64,000 nucleotides of DNA. Source: an uncultured candidate division Zixibacteria bacterium. GTDB lineage: Bacteria > Zixibacteria > MSB-5A5 > GN15 > FEB-12. The stretch lies in assembly GCA_963664195.1 (NCBI GenBank), contig OY760907.1:3104001-3168000 (forward strand). Direction: 5' to 3'. Below, one piece after another: positions 1 through 10,333 of the stretch. Every line of letters begins with the position of its first letter. Within the stretch, counting starts at the first letter, position 1. A program made the position numbers and the translations under genes. The notes beneath the pieces were generated by a model. The model was not told where the DNA came from. It ran no database searches and saw nothing but the letters and a program-made list of their open reading frames with translations.

Positions 1-1494
1 GGGAAAAACGTCCGAGCGGTTGCCGGAAATGATATTGCGCTCACCGGCGCTGGAGCCGCCAATCGTGTTAAGTTGAGCGCCGTTGGATAGCACCACACCG
101 GCACTGTTGGGGGAGGAACTCAGCCCGAGGCCGTTTGTGCCTATGTAGTTCCCGCTGACAATGTTATCTGAAGTTCCCGCTCCAGAGATGTGGATGCCAT
201 ACCCAATATGGCCTGAAATCGTATTGCGGGAGCTTTCATTGGCTCCACCAATCAGATTGGACGAGGCTCCGTCGTCGATACGAGCGCCGGCGTGGGCGGC
301 ATCGCCGTTTGAGAAGGTGACGTAGCCCTGATAGTCCAATCCAATGAGGTTGCCGGCGAGCGTGTTTCCGTCGGTTCCTGCGCCTGTAATGTGTACGCCG
401 TCAGCTTCGTTGGCGGAAATCACATTGCCCGATTCCAGGGATCCGCCGATCATGTTGTCGTGTGCGCCGAGTTCCAGTCTGATGCCACACCCGTGGTTGC
501 CGAGAGGAAGACGCCCGTCGGGATCCATGCCAATCAGGTTATTGGTTATCGTGTTGTCGCTCACGAGAGGTCCGGAGAGCGTGATGCCGCTGTAGTCGTT
601 GAGGGAGATGGTGTTGCCATCGCCAGGGTCATCGCCGCCGACTACGTTGTTGCTGGAACCCTCGGCGATAAGAATCCCACCGAGACGGTTGCCGGGGCCG
701 GTGGCATTACTGGCGTCGATGCCGATGTAGTTACCCTCGATCCGGTTGGCGGACGGACGGTTGGATATCAGCACGCCGTAGCCGGCATTGCCCGAAATGA
801 TGTTTCTGGTTGACTCGCTACTCCCGCCTATCAGGTTGTCATGAGCGTCGTCGTCAATGCGCACACCGTTCCTGTTGGCATACACGACCGTGCCGTTTCC
901 GTGAACACCAACAAAGCAGCCGGCGACTACGTTGCCGTGGGCGGATGAACCGGAGATGGCCACACCTGCTGCGTACTGGTTATCCAGCCCGTTGCCAATA
1001 AGAACAACACGCTCAACTTCATTGCCACCACCGACGAGATTACAGGCACCAGTTATGAGGATACCGTCGCCGCGTGATCGCCTCACAGTGACTCCCTGCA
1101 CGACGCAACTGTCGGCGGCGAGAATCATAGTGGCGTCATTGAGTGAATTGTTTACGCCGTCTAATACAGGGTAGGTCGTTTCGCCAAGAACATGAGTCGC
1201 GTTGTCGGAAACGATTACTGAGCCAAGAAGCAAACTGATGGGCGAAACATGCCCCGGGATCAGGATTGTGTCAGGGCCGGGGAGAGCGCTGGCCTCTTCG
1301 ACCGCGGCGCGGAAGGTAGTGAAGGCTGAATCAGGAATCAAGTGATCTGCCGCGACTGAATCGCCGGGATTGATATCGTGGCTGTCAGCGGTTGAATTCA
1401 CTACGAAAGTGGCAGCGCTGAGATTCAGGACGATGAGGCATCCCAGACACAGCAAGGCGAGAGTCAGCTTCGCGAAGGCGTTAAGTACAGTCAT
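1..1494 (-). CDS. Secreted right-handed parallel beta-helix repeat protein with CSLREA-like N-terminus (partial; runs off window start)
   Basis: Hand translation from the ATG at 1494 gives a signal peptide MTVLNAFAKLTLALLCLGCLIVLNLSA, then ATFVVNSTADSHDINPGD...TFRAAVEEA, then repeated GNLIG/GNYIG/ISGN motifs. It is absent from the ORF track, consistent with its stop lying outside the window. Confidence 0.8.
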   Translation of the reverse strand, partial: MTVLNAFAKLTLALLCLGCLIVLNLSAATFVVNSTADSHDINPGDSVAADHLIPDSAFTTFRAAVEEASALPGPDTILIPGHVSPISLLLGSVIVSDNATHVLGETTYPVLDGVNNSLNDATMILAADSCVVQGVTVRRSRGDGILITGACNLVGGGNEVERVVLIGNGLDNQYAAGVAISGSSAHGNVVAGCFVGVHGNGTVVYANRNGVRIDDDAHDNLIGGSSESTRNIISGNAGYGVLISNRPSANRIEGNYIGIDASNATGPGNRLGGILIAEGSSNNVVGGDDPGDGNTISLNDYSGITLSGPLVSDNTITNNLIGMDPDGRLPLGNHGCGIRLELGAHDNMIGGSLESGNVISANEADGVHITGAGTDGNTLAGNLIGLDYQGYVTFSNGDAAHAGARIDDGASSNLIGGANESSRNTISGHIGYGIHISGAGTSDNIVSGNYIGTNGLGLSSSPNSAGVVLSNGAQLNTIGGSSAGERNIISGNRSDVFP

Positions 1495-1503
1495 AGTCGG
1501 GCA

Positions 1504-3672
1504 TCACTTGAGTAATATCATTTTTCGTGTTTCAACGGATTGTTCTGTCTCCAGCCGATAGAAATAAGTACCACTGGCTACTTCGTTGCCGTTCCTGTCG
1601 GTTCCGCCCCAGAGCACGGCATGTTCACCTGCACTAGAGCTTGCATCGAGCAGCGAGACAACTTCCTGACCCAGCAGGTTGAAAACACTGAGTTTCACAT
1701 CAGACGCCCGGCTGAGGTTGAAGACAATGGTCGTGGTCGGATTGAACGGGTTGGGATAGTTCTGCCTGAGACTGAAATCTCCAGGGACGAGTAAAAGCGG
1801 TTCATCGTCAATATCGGTTGGCGAGTCAAGTGTGAAATCGTATGGATACAAGTAGACGGCGTTGCCGTCAGAGATAGCAATGTGGTTCGAGGTCGCCGCG
1901 ATCATGCTGCCGCCGTAGCCGCCGAAATCGAGTAGCTGCGGAATATCGTATCTCGTATCGAAAACGCCGATGCCCAGTTCGCCGATTGTGAGAAGGATGT
2001 CGCCGACTACTGTCGACGCCTCCACATCTACCGGAAGCGTACCAAGGAAGTTGACCTTCGGCTGTTCTGTGCCGAGGACGTCGACGCGGTACATATCTCT
2101 AGAGCCAAAGCCGAGGAGTTGGTCGGTGCACAGCACCAGATTGTCGAGTTGATCCGGCGTGGCGATTGTCCAGTGATGGTATGCCTGGAGGTCTTCGTCG
2201 ACGCGGTACCCGTACGCCTGCCAGTTGTCGGTCGAGAACACGAGGAGTGAATCGACAAAAACGACATCGAGAATGTTGCCTATGACGTTGATTCGGTTGC
2301 TCTCGATAATAATCCAGTCGTTTGTCACCGCTGACAACGTAATCTGCGATTGACCGATCGACAAAAGGAGATCGAGCGTATCAGACGGCGTTTGTTCGTA
2401 GAATCGTAGTTCGGTCACGTCATCTCCAATACCGTCATAGGCATGGAGGATCTCAATTGAATCCCGGGTGACAAGCATAGAGATGGCAGTTCCGATCTCA
2501 GGGTAGAACGCCAGTGTTCGCTCGCGAGCGGAGACAATTGAGGTCGCGTTTCGCAATCCCGGCAGTAGATCCTGACGAATAGCCTGACCTGAGGTATCGA
2601 TGAAGTACGACTCCAGCGGATTGTGGACGCCTCCGATCATAAGGACACCGTCTTGAACGTGGAGATCGGTTATTGGCCCAGGTCTCTCGTATGCGGGATG
2701 AGGATTGTCAGGGAGGTGCATTTGATCGATATCGTAGGTTGTCAGCGCCGACTCATCATCCGGAAGCAGCAGCGTGGCCTCTCCTGACGCGTGGTAGGTG
2801 CCGCCATCGGCCATAATGTTCGTAGTGGGGGGCATTGCTACCGACAGGACTTCTCCACTGTTCAGATTGACCCGTTCGACTATGAGATTGGAGGCGTCTG
2901 CGGTCACTATAAACGAGTCGATGGCGAATAGTCCAACCGGGTGTGAGAGAATGCTGATGGTGTCGACTATTGACCCAGTGCCGCCCGAGTAGTCTCCGAT
3001 TAGCAGTTGCTGTCGGTCTTCCAGAGAGACAACCACAGTCGAGTCATGCTTCACAAAAGCACGCGGTTGACTTGGTATTGCCAATAGATCGACAAAGTGT
3101 TCGAGATCGGACGAAGAGAGATCGTATCGAAGGATGCCGTTGTAATCATCCAGCGCATAGAGCGTATCGTTGTCGATATCCATCTGTACACAATGTACGC
3201 CGGCGAGGCTGGAGTCGGCAAAGATCGGGTCGTTGTATCCGGTCATGCGATAATGACGAATGCCGTTGTATCCTGCGGCAACGTAGATGTCCTGCCCGAC
3301 AAGATCGATATCGTTGAATTCAATTCCAAGATCAGCCTGGCCGAGCAGGGATATTGACGGGAGGTTCGAGATGTCGGCGAAATACACCAGTCTTGCCTTG
3401 CTCAGAATAACCGCCACATCGTCGCGAATCTTGATCGTTAGAGGTTCGGTGGACAGCGATAAGTGGCCGGATTGTGTGAGGAGGCCCGTCGCATTGTCAA
3501 GCGTCAACAATGCCACTCCACGGGCCGTGGACGCCAGGGCGAAGCTGTCGATCACACGAACCGAGCCAAACTCGCAGGACAGAAAAGTGTATCCCGGATG
3601 ATCGTAGATCTCAGCAGAGGCCGGAATTGCAAATATGAGCAGGCACAGGGTCAGAAATAGCAATCGAGTCAT
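1504..3672 (-). CDS. Secreted beta-propeller (LVIVD-like repeat) protein with C-terminal Por/T9SS-type FlgD-Ig sorting domain
   Basis: 722-aa ORF with a signal peptide and beta-rich repeats. C-terminus LRQNYPNPFNPTTTI...WGGTD..G..VASGTYFYRL...RKMILLK. Confidence 0.8.
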   Translation of the reverse strand: MTRLLFLTLCLLIFAIPASAEIYDHPGYTFLSCEFGSVRVIDSFALASTARGVALLTLDNATGLLTQSGHLSLSTEPLTIKIRDDVAVILSKARLVYFADISNLPSISLLGQADLGIEFNDIDLVGQDIYVAAGYNGIRHYRMTGYNDPIFADSSLAGVHCVQMDIDNDTLYALDDYNGILRYDLSSSDLEHFVDLLAIPSQPRAFVKHDSTVVVSLEDRQQLLIGDYSGGTGSIVDTISILSHPVGLFAIDSFIVTADASNLIVERVNLNSGEVLSVAMPPTTNIMADGGTYHASGEATLLLPDDESALTTYDIDQMHLPDNPHPAYERPGPITDLHVQDGVLMIGGVHNPLESYFIDTSGQAIRQDLLPGLRNATSIVSARERTLAFYPEIGTAISMLVTRDSIEILHAYDGIGDDVTELRFYEQTPSDTLDLLLSIGQSQITLSAVTNDWIIIESNRINVIGNILDVVFVDSLLVFSTDNWQAYGYRVDEDLQAYHHWTIATPDQLDNLVLCTDQLLGFGSRDMYRVDVLGTEQPKVNFLGTLPVDVEASTVVGDILLTIGELGIGVFDTRYDIPQLLDFGGYGGSMIAATSNHIAISDGNAVYLYPYDFTLDSPTDIDDEPLLLVPGDFSLRQNYPNPFNPTTTIVFNLSRASDVKLSVFNLLGQEVVSLLDASSSAGEHAVLWGGTDRNGNEVASGTYFYRLETEQSVETRKMILLK

Positions 3673-6600
3673 TTTAGTAGTACCATTTTCCTTGTCATCT
3701 CAAAATCGTTGGTCTGAAGCTTATAGAAATAGACACCGGACGCAAAGTCGGCAGCATCGAATTCTGTTGCAAAACTGCCAGCTGGCAGGTCACCGTCGAC
3801 AAGTGTCGCAACCGTTTGTCCGAGAATGTTGACTACCCGAAGAATTACTGTTGAACGGTTCGGAAGGTCGAATCGGATGGTAGTCACCGGGTTGAACGGG
3901 TTGGGATAGTTCTGCTCAAGACGATAATGCGCGGGTAGGTTTGGTGGTGCCACCTCGATTACACCAGTCGGGTCAATTGATGTCGGGATCGTGCAGCTGT
4001 TCGTCGGATCGGCGTAGAGGCGGCCGGTGTTTGCGCCGCCTTCGGCGGAGGCATCGAAATCCCACACGTAGACTTCGGCGGCCTCGCTGACTACAATCAA
4101 CTCGACGAGATTGTCGCCGTCGATGTCGTCGACCAATGCGATTTGCGGCGTCGACGTCACAGCGGAGGCCGGTGCGGGTGTTTTGACCGGCCAGCCCGGT
4201 ATTGGGTTCAGGTCATGGTCGAGCACGTAGATTTCCTCACGGTCCGTGCCGGGGAAGAGGTAGCCGCCGCGAAGAACTACTTCCAGGCGGGAGTCACCGG
4301 TCAGGTTGGCTGCGATTGGAGCGCCGAAAGTCATCGGGACCAGGAATCCTTCGCCGACGGGGCGATCCTCAACTGTGCGATAGGGGGAGCCGTCGGCCTG
4401 AAACACATAGAGCGCGCCAATATCGAATTCGGAGAACGTGCACAGTATTTCCGGGCTGCCGTTCTGATCGAGGTCGGCCACTGTCGGAAATGTGGATGAC
4501 CACCCGTATAGCTCCGGGAAAGTCCTGGGAAAGCCGGGGAAGTCGTCCGTACCGTGGGTCTTCACCCAGAGTGTTTGGACTGCGTTTGTATCGGTACCCA
4601 GCGAAATGATCTCCGGCAGGCTGTCGCCGTCAAGATCGGCAAGTACGGTGCCCCTGGAGTCGGAGGATCGAATCACCAGTTGGTTCGGCATACCAAAGGC
4701 GGGCAGGCCGGTGCGTCCGTCGAATAAGGCCACTCCGGCGGGTGGATTATGGATGGGAGAGAACGTGGCGATGACCTCGGGGACACCGTCGCCGTTGACA
4801 TCCGCAGCCGTGACGTTGTTTCCGCCGTGGAAATACGGGCCAGGTGCCATGCCGTGGCTGAACGCTGCAAACTGCCCCTCAAGCGCTGCGAAATGCGAAG
4901 TGCCATCGAATTCATAGGCGAGTATGACTCCGTTGCCGTTCACGAGCACGATGACCGAGTCGGCAGCGGGATCGAGTGATGTGATGGTCGGAGTCGGATA
5001 GCCTATCCGGGTGCGCATAGTTACACAATTTACAGGCCAACCTTCGGTGCAAGAGCCGTCAGCGTTGAAGACGTGGATGCCGTCTTCGGCGGTGCAGACG
5101 ATTTCTCGTTCACCGTCGTGGTCTATGTCATAGACGGCGGGTACGCACTGGACATCGGTGCCGACCAGAACCGGGAAGCCGCTGCACATCTGACCATCGT
5201 GAGAAAAGACGTCAAGTCCGAACATGGTAGCGACGATGATCTCTTTTTGTCCGTCCCCTTCCAGATCGGCGGTAACTGCCGACACGGGGCCTCGCCCCTC
5301 GATTGTCTGTGGCCAGCCTTCGGCGAAAGCGGATACCAGAGTGAACGAAGAACTGTCCACGAGGCTGTCGGCACCGAAGTACCCGTGCAGGTAGAGCGTG
5401 TAGTCACCGACCTCGATGCCGGAGGCGTTCCAGAGGTAGATGTCGGAATCGAAGGACTCACCAGTGATGTTTTCGAGAAGGACTTTGGGGCCACCGGATA
5501 GGCGATAATACAGGGCGGAGGATTCATAGCCGGCACCGTGGATTGATCCAGCAACAGGAATGTTGTAGTTGTACTGAAGCCCATTGACGGGCGAAGTCAA
5601 TTCTGTTTGTTGAGAGGTAACCAGTGTTGAACTGGTGTATCGTGAGACGTCGTTGTCATCGGTCAGGCGGAGGTGGACGTGACCTTCGATTGCCGAATCG
5701 GAAAACGTGTACAGAAGGGAGTCTGACGGGAGCGATGTTCCTGAAGCAACCGTTTGCCAGTTTCCTGAGTCGGGAGTCCGCGTCCAGGCTAGCTCCCAGC
5801 CACCGCTGTAGCCGGCTATCGGAGCGGCGAGCACGGGTAGAGAATCTTCGAATCGTGCCGCACGGACCGGCTGGACGAAGTAGACGCCTCCGTTCGTTGC
5901 CAGTTCAAGAGCGTTGCGCACGTTGAGCAGTCCCCATCCGCTTATGCCGTCGGGTCCGGGCAGATTGTCGCCGACATCAAATGGGTCGAGCATGTCCACT
6001 GCACCGTGGCGGAGGGTGGATTCCAGCGAATCAAGAGGCAGATCGGGGCGCAACGAGCGGATCATCGCAGCGGCGCCTACCACGAGCGGTGTGGCCATGG
6101 AGGTGCCACTCGCGAGGTAATACAGGGAATCTTCGCCGATGATATGTACCAGTGGTTCATTGATTGATTCGTACATGTCAGTGCCGGCGGCGCGAAGGGA
6201 GAGGATATCCAATCCGGGCGCGACGAGATCAATGTGCTCGCCCCACGTCGAGAAGTACGCCACATGGCCGTCGGAGTTGCTCGCCGCCACTGCAAATGCG
6301 CTGTCGAAGTATGCGGGATACATGATGTGGTTCCCGCCCGTGTTGCCTGCGGCAATGCCGACAAACACGCCGTTGGCGCGGGCAAAATCGAGTGCATCCT
6401 TGAGGACCGCAGGGTAATACGGAGTGCCCCAACTGATGTTGATGGCATCCGCACCCGCGTTGACTGCGTAGATGATGCCGGCCGCCCCAACCTGGGAGGT
6501 CGCATTGGGGCGTATTTTTACGGCCATGATCTCTGCCTGTTGCGTGACTCCCATGATTCCGTGAGCATCTGCCGCTGCCGCGACCAGCCCGGCAATGTGC

Positions 6601-7355
6601 GTGCCGTGACCGAAGTAGTCACTCGGGTCATTGTCGCCTATGGGATCGAAATAGTTCAGTGAGTCGCCGGAAACGTCGTATCCAAGCGTGTCATCGACAA
6701 ACCCGTTGTGGTCGTCATCGATCCCGTTGCTGGGGATTTCATCCGGATTCTGCCAGAAACGTCCCTGCAACTCCGGATGGGTCGGGTCCACGCCGGTGTC
6801 TATGATGGCGACAACTACGCGGGTCGAAACGGCGGGCGTGTGGTCGTAGTAATAAGATACTCCGATGTCGAAACCGGGGGTGCCGGATCGGACTGTCAGC
6901 GTGTCGTTGAAGTCGTCGTCAAGCCGTTCGACGGCGGGATACTCCTGGCCCGTGTTGTGCAGGTACCACTGGTGATCGAACAATGAGTCCTGCGGGAATT
7001 CAAAGAACTCCAGATGGTAGTCCGGTTCGATCCATTCGACGTTCTCCTTGCCAATCAAGGCCGTTGCATTTTCGATTGTCAAACTAGTGTCAGAGGAGAA
7101 AAAAGTGTGGATTCGCCGGATGTCATCAGTCCCTTTGAGTTCGCTTCTGATCTGCAACTGGGATATGGGGCCGAAACGATAGCTGCTATTGAGTGCGGTT
7201 CGTATAGTGGTTGCACTGGCCTTTGGCGTCAGTTTTACCACGAACTTCCCGGGGATTGGACCGGTGGGGGTGGTTTTCGCAGGTACCGCCTGCAAGGTCG
7301 ACGCCATCAGCACCGTTGCGACGAGTGTGGTCAGTAACCTGAAGCTGGCCGACAT
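3669..7355 (-). CDS. Subtilisin-like S8 serine peptidase with FG-GAP/VCBS-like repeats and C-terminal Por/T9SS-type sorting domain
   Basis: Catalytic triad motifs IIDTG, HGTHIAG and SGTSMATP; repeated ADLDGDG-type motifs; C-terminal LEQNYPNPFNP...RKMVLLK. GGAG RBS upstream of the start. Confidence 0.9.
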   Translation of the reverse strand: MSASFRLLTTLVATVLMASTLQAVPAKTTPTGPIPGKFVVKLTPKASATTIRTALNSSYRFGPISQLQIRSELKGTDDIRRIHTFFSSDTSLTIENATALIGKENVEWIEPDYHLEFFEFPQDSLFDHQWYLHNTGQEYPAVERLDDDFNDTLTVRSGTPGFDIGVSYYYDHTPAVSTRVVVAIIDTGVDPTHPELQGRFWQNPDEIPSNGIDDDHNGFVDDTLGYDVSGDSLNYFDPIGDNDPSDYFGHGTHIAGLVAAAADAHGIMGVTQQAEIMAVKIRPNATSQVGAAGIIYAVNAGADAINISWGTPYYPAVLKDALDFARANGVFVGIAAGNTGGNHIMYPAYFDSAFAVAASNSDGHVAYFSTWGEHIDLVAPGLDILSLRAAGTDMYESINEPLVHIIGEDSLYYLASGTSMATPLVVGAAAMIRSLRPDLPLDSLESTLRHGAVDMLDPFDVGDNLPGPDGISGWGLLNVRNALELATNGGVYFVQPVRAARFEDSLPVLAAPIAGYSGGWELAWTRTPDSGNWQTVASGTSLPSDSLLYTFSDSAIEGHVHLRLTDDNDVSRYTSSTLVTSQQTELTSPVNGLQYNYNIPVAGSIHGAGYESSALYYRLSGGPKVLLENITGESFDSDIYLWNASGIEVGDYTLYLHGYFGADSLVDSSSFTLVSAFAEGWPQTIEGRGPVSAVTADLEGDGQKEIIVATMFGLDVFSHDGQMCSGFPVLVGTDVQCVPAVYDIDHDGEREIVCTAEDGIHVFNADGSCTEGWPVNCVTMRTRIGYPTPTITSLDPAADSVIVLVNGNGVILAYEFDGTSHFAALEGQFAAFSHGMAPGPYFHGGNNVTAADVNGDGVPEVIATFSPIHNPPAGVALFDGRTGLPAFGMPNQLVIRSSDSRGTVLADLDGDSLPEIISLGTDTNAVQTLWVKTHGTDDFPGFPRTFPELYGWSSTFPTVADLDQNGSPEILCTFSEFDIGALYVFQADGSPYRTVEDRPVGEGFLVPMTFGAPIAANLTGDSRLEVVLRGGYLFPGTDREEIYVLDHDLNPIPGWPVKTPAPASAVTSTPQIALVDDIDGDNLVELIVVSEAAEVYVWDFDASAEGGANTGRLYADPTNSCTIPTSIDPTGVIEVAPPNLPAHYRLEQNYPNPFNPVTTIRFDLPNRSTVILRVVNILGQTVATLVDGDLPAGSFATEFDAADFASGVYFYKLQTNDFEMTRKMVLLK

Positions 7356-7550
7356 GTCTGGACTCCTTTTTTACCGAATGCGGCTTTGGGCAGTTCGGGC
7401 ATCCGCAAACCATGCGGCGGTCTGGTTTGCTACAGAGATGCAACAAATATAGCTAATAAGAGGTTTCGAGCAAGTCCCTCGGAGGTGTCACCACCCTGTT
7501 TCACCCGGAAAGACAGTACAAGCAGGCTGTTTTTTGCAGCTTGCCTGCTC

Positions 7551-7579
7551 TTGCCAACAGATTGAGAATTGATTACATT
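7551..7579 (+). promoter_or_regulatory. Putative sigma70 promoter for yebC
   Basis: TTGCCA-N17-TACATT about 70 nt upstream of the yebC start. Confidence 0.45.
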
Positions 7580-7647
7580 CGCATACAGGAACCTGAGTTC
7601 CACATCAATTCGAGTATATGTCGTTAGTTTTACGGAGGATAGAGAGT

Positions 7648-8403
7648 ATGTCCGGTCACTCAAAATGGTCGACGATCAAGCGCAAAAAGGGAAAAGCTGA
7701 TGCCGAACGGGGCAAGATTTTCACCCGCTTAATCAAAGAACTCACTGTTGCCGCACGCGAAGGCGGGGGAGATGCCGACGGCAACCCGAGACTGCGTACG
7801 GCTATCGCATCGGCCAAAGCCGCCAATATGCCGGCGGACAACATCAAACGGGCTATAATGAAGGGAACCGGAGATTTGCCGGGTGTTGTCTACGAATCAA
7901 TCACGTACGAAGGTTACGGACCCGGCGGCGCCGCCCTCTATCTCGAGGCCCTGACCGACAACAAGAACCGCACAGTGGCCGATATCCGGCATATTCTTTC
8001 CAAATACGGCGGCAATCTTGGAGCTAGTGGCTGTGTTGCATGGATGTTCGACAAGCGAGGTGTGATTACAGTTGAGACTTCGGCTACAGACGAAGATACG
8101 CTGATGGAAGTCGCCCTTGAGAACGGAGCGGAAGACATCAAGACCGATTCTGGTGTGTTCGAAGTGCTGATGGAACCGGCGGTGCTCGACGATGTCCGCA
8201 TGGCGATCGAAGGGGCCGGTATCGTGATGGAATCCGCTGAGGTTACGATGGTCCCGCAGAACACGACCAAAATCGAAAAAGAAAACGAGGCCAACTCGAT
8301 GCTCAAGGTGCTCGATTTGCTCGAGGACAACGAAGACGTCCAGAAGGTCTACTCGAATTTTGATATCGACGAGGCACTGCTCGAAAAACTGGCGCAGGAT
8401 TAA
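7648..8403 (+). CDS. yebC: YebC/PmpR family protein
   Basis: [15 protein letters not shown] start and YEGYGPGG motif; GGAGG RBS at 7634. Confidence 0.95.
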   Translation: MSGHSKWSTIKRKKGKADAERGKIFTRLIKELTVAAREGGGDADGNPRLRTAIASAKAANMPADNIKRAIMKGTGDLPGVVYESITYEGYGPGGAALYLEALTDNKNRTVADIRHILSKYGGNLGASGCVAWMFDKRGVITVETSATDEDTLMEVALENGAEDIKTDSGVFEVLMEPAVLDDVRMAIEGAGIVMESAEVTMVPQNTTKIEKENEANSMLKVLDLLEDNEDVQKVYSNFDIDEALLEKLAQD

Positions 8404-8413
8404 GAGCTGCGCT

Positions 8414-8520
8414 CTTGTGGGGGGCGTCTGCCGCCCACAGGAATGACTGTCCCATAAGTAGGTCGAAACTCCTGAAGTTTCGACATATTCATGGCGGATT
8501 CGAAGACGGATCCGCCCTAT
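8414..8520. repeat. Cluster of intergenic hairpins, including a GTAG-type REP-like inverted doublet
   Basis: CTTGTGGGGGG..CCGCCCACAGG stem; GTAGGTCGAAACT-CCTGA-AGTTTCGAC; GGCGGATTCG-AAGA-CGGATCCGCCCTAT. Confidence 0.5.
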
Positions 8521-8538
8521 GTATGATCGTAAAACCCT

Positions 8539-9306
8539 ATGTTTGATGGCACTAGTGGTTTCCTGTTCGATCTTGACGGCACCGTTTATGTCGGCGATAG
8601 GCCGATAGACGGTGCCGTGTCTGCTATCAACCATATCAGAAATAGAGGCATTCCGCTCAGATTCAGTACGAACACTACTACCAGATCACTGGCTTCGCTG
8701 GTGGGCAAACTCAATGACATGGGCTTACCGGTAGGGCTGGACGAGACGTTTGGCGTGATTCAAGCGGCCGTTTCGTATCTCCGGAGGAAAGGTCGTCCCA
8801 CGTGCCACGTGCTACTGACGGATGATCCAAAGTCGGACTTCAAGGAGTTTCCGCAGACGGACGAAAATCCCGAGTATCTGGTGATAGGGGATATCGGCAA
8901 GTACTGGGACTACGAGTTGATGAACCGACTGTTCCGCATGGTGGTGAACGGCGCGGAAATGATCGCGCTGCACAAGGGGCGCTACTGGGAGACCGAAGAC
9001 GGGTTGCAGGTAGATATTGGCGCTTTTGTGGCCGGTTTGGAATACGTGACAGGTAAACAGGCGACAGTGATCGGGAAGCCCTCGGCGTCGTTCTTCCACG
9101 AAGTGCTGAGTGATATGGCGCTAGCTCCCGAGGAGGTCGTGATGGTTGGTGATGATCTGGTCAACGATGTCCTCGGTGCTCAGCAAGTAGGTATGAGGGG
9201 TGTGCTGGTACGTACGGGGAAGTACCGTGAGGAGCTGGTCGCCCAGTCGGACGTCAAACCGGATCTGATTATTGATTCGGTGGCGGACTTGATCACACTT
9301 CTCTAG
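8539..9306 (+). CDS. HAD-IIA hydrolase (TIGR01458/LHPP-like)
   Basis: DLDGTV, TNTT, GKPS, VGDD and RTGKY motifs. Confidence 0.9.
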   Translation: MFDGTSGFLFDLDGTVYVGDRPIDGAVSAINHIRNRGIPLRFSTNTTTRSLASLVGKLNDMGLPVGLDETFGVIQAAVSYLRRKGRPTCHVLLTDDPKSDFKEFPQTDENPEYLVIGDIGKYWDYELMNRLFRMVVNGAEMIALHKGRYWETEDGLQVDIGAFVAGLEYVTGKQATVIGKPSASFFHEVLSDMALAPEEVVMVGDDLVNDVLGAQQVGMRGVLVRTGKYREELVAQSDVKPDLIIDSVADLITLL

Positions 9307-9307
9307 C

Positions 9308-9811
9308 TCAGAAACTCAAGACTAGACCGTAACGCGGGGAGCCGTCGAGGCCCTGTCGTACTCCCAAGTTCAGACTGAGGTTTGTCTGGTCGTTGTTGTG
9401 CAGGCGCACAGCCCTTTTCAAGTGTCCGGTGGCAATCACTTCGACAGATGTTGCTGCGATCAGAACGACGGCTCCGCTCAGCGCGGTGTAGGTCGAGACG
9501 TCTGTCCATTCTTTCTTAAACACTCTATAGATACCGGAAAACGCAACGGCACCGATGCCGAGGCTGAAGAAGTTTTTGGAGTACGTTCTGAGCGAGTTGT
9601 ATTTCCTGACTTCTTGAACCGCTCTGGGGTTGCCCTCCAAAGCCTCGCACAAACCCTCGCAGTGTGGGCCGAGGGACTGGAAGGGACTTCCGTTAACAGA
9701 GAATTTCCAGTGTCCCGGAAGAGTATTCTTGAGGACTAGCTCGTCGGCTGAAACAGCCTGTGCGCCGAGACAGAAGAGAAGCATTACAGTGATAGCCAGC
9801 AATATGCGCAA
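9308..9811 (-). CDS. Hypothetical exported/membrane protein
   Basis: Signal peptide plus two hydrophobic helices. Likely TTG start at 9811 after GGAGGA (the track start is 9826). Confidence 0.65.
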   Translation of the reverse strand: MRILLAITVMLLFCLGAQAVSADELVLKNTLPGHWKFSVNGSPFQSLGPHCEGLCEALEGNPRAVQEVRKYNSLRTYSKNFFSLGIGAVAFSGIYRVFKKEWTDVSTYTALSGAVVLIAATSVEVIATGHLKRAVRLHNNDQTNLSLNLGVRQGLDGSPRYGLVLSF

Positions 9812-10333
9812 TGGGGATTCCTCCACCCGGTATGATTTGATCTTTGGACCGAATAGTAGTGCTGTGCGTCCGGTTTGTCAAGACTGAAGATGAAGGGGCG
9901 CACCCCTTCCATACAACTCGGTTGCAGGGAGGTTATGGTCGGTCGGAATACTTGACAAATTCCGTCATTGGTTCTATCTTCACTGGCTGGAGATTGCATA
10001 TCTCCTTGCCCGGACCGGACATCCGCATACTGGGCACGCATGAAACAGGATTTGCGGGATAGTTCGGAGTTAGTTCTAGAAGCCGATACAGTATATAGCG
10101 TCTCCGTTGATTCAGGGGGACCCAGCAAGATATCGTCGGATTGATAGACAAACTCAATAATGACGAGTTAGCACAACGGGAGAGTGGATTCTAAAGGTGG
10201 ACGCCAAAGGCGACCTGCACTGGTGATTCTGAGAAGGCAGGAAGGGCAATATCGACGGTACAACAGGATCGGCGGTCTGTCCGGAGCATCTCTAAAGATG
10301 ATGAGTGGATACCTGAGTTTCGACTAATGAGAA

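Noticed and set aside
7897..8634. 245-aa minus-strand ORF
   Set aside because: It is an antisense shadow of yebC with no recognisable motifs.
9844..10157. Short ORFs in the divergent intergenic region
   Set aside because: They overlap one another and have no clear RBS or motif, so none could be supported.
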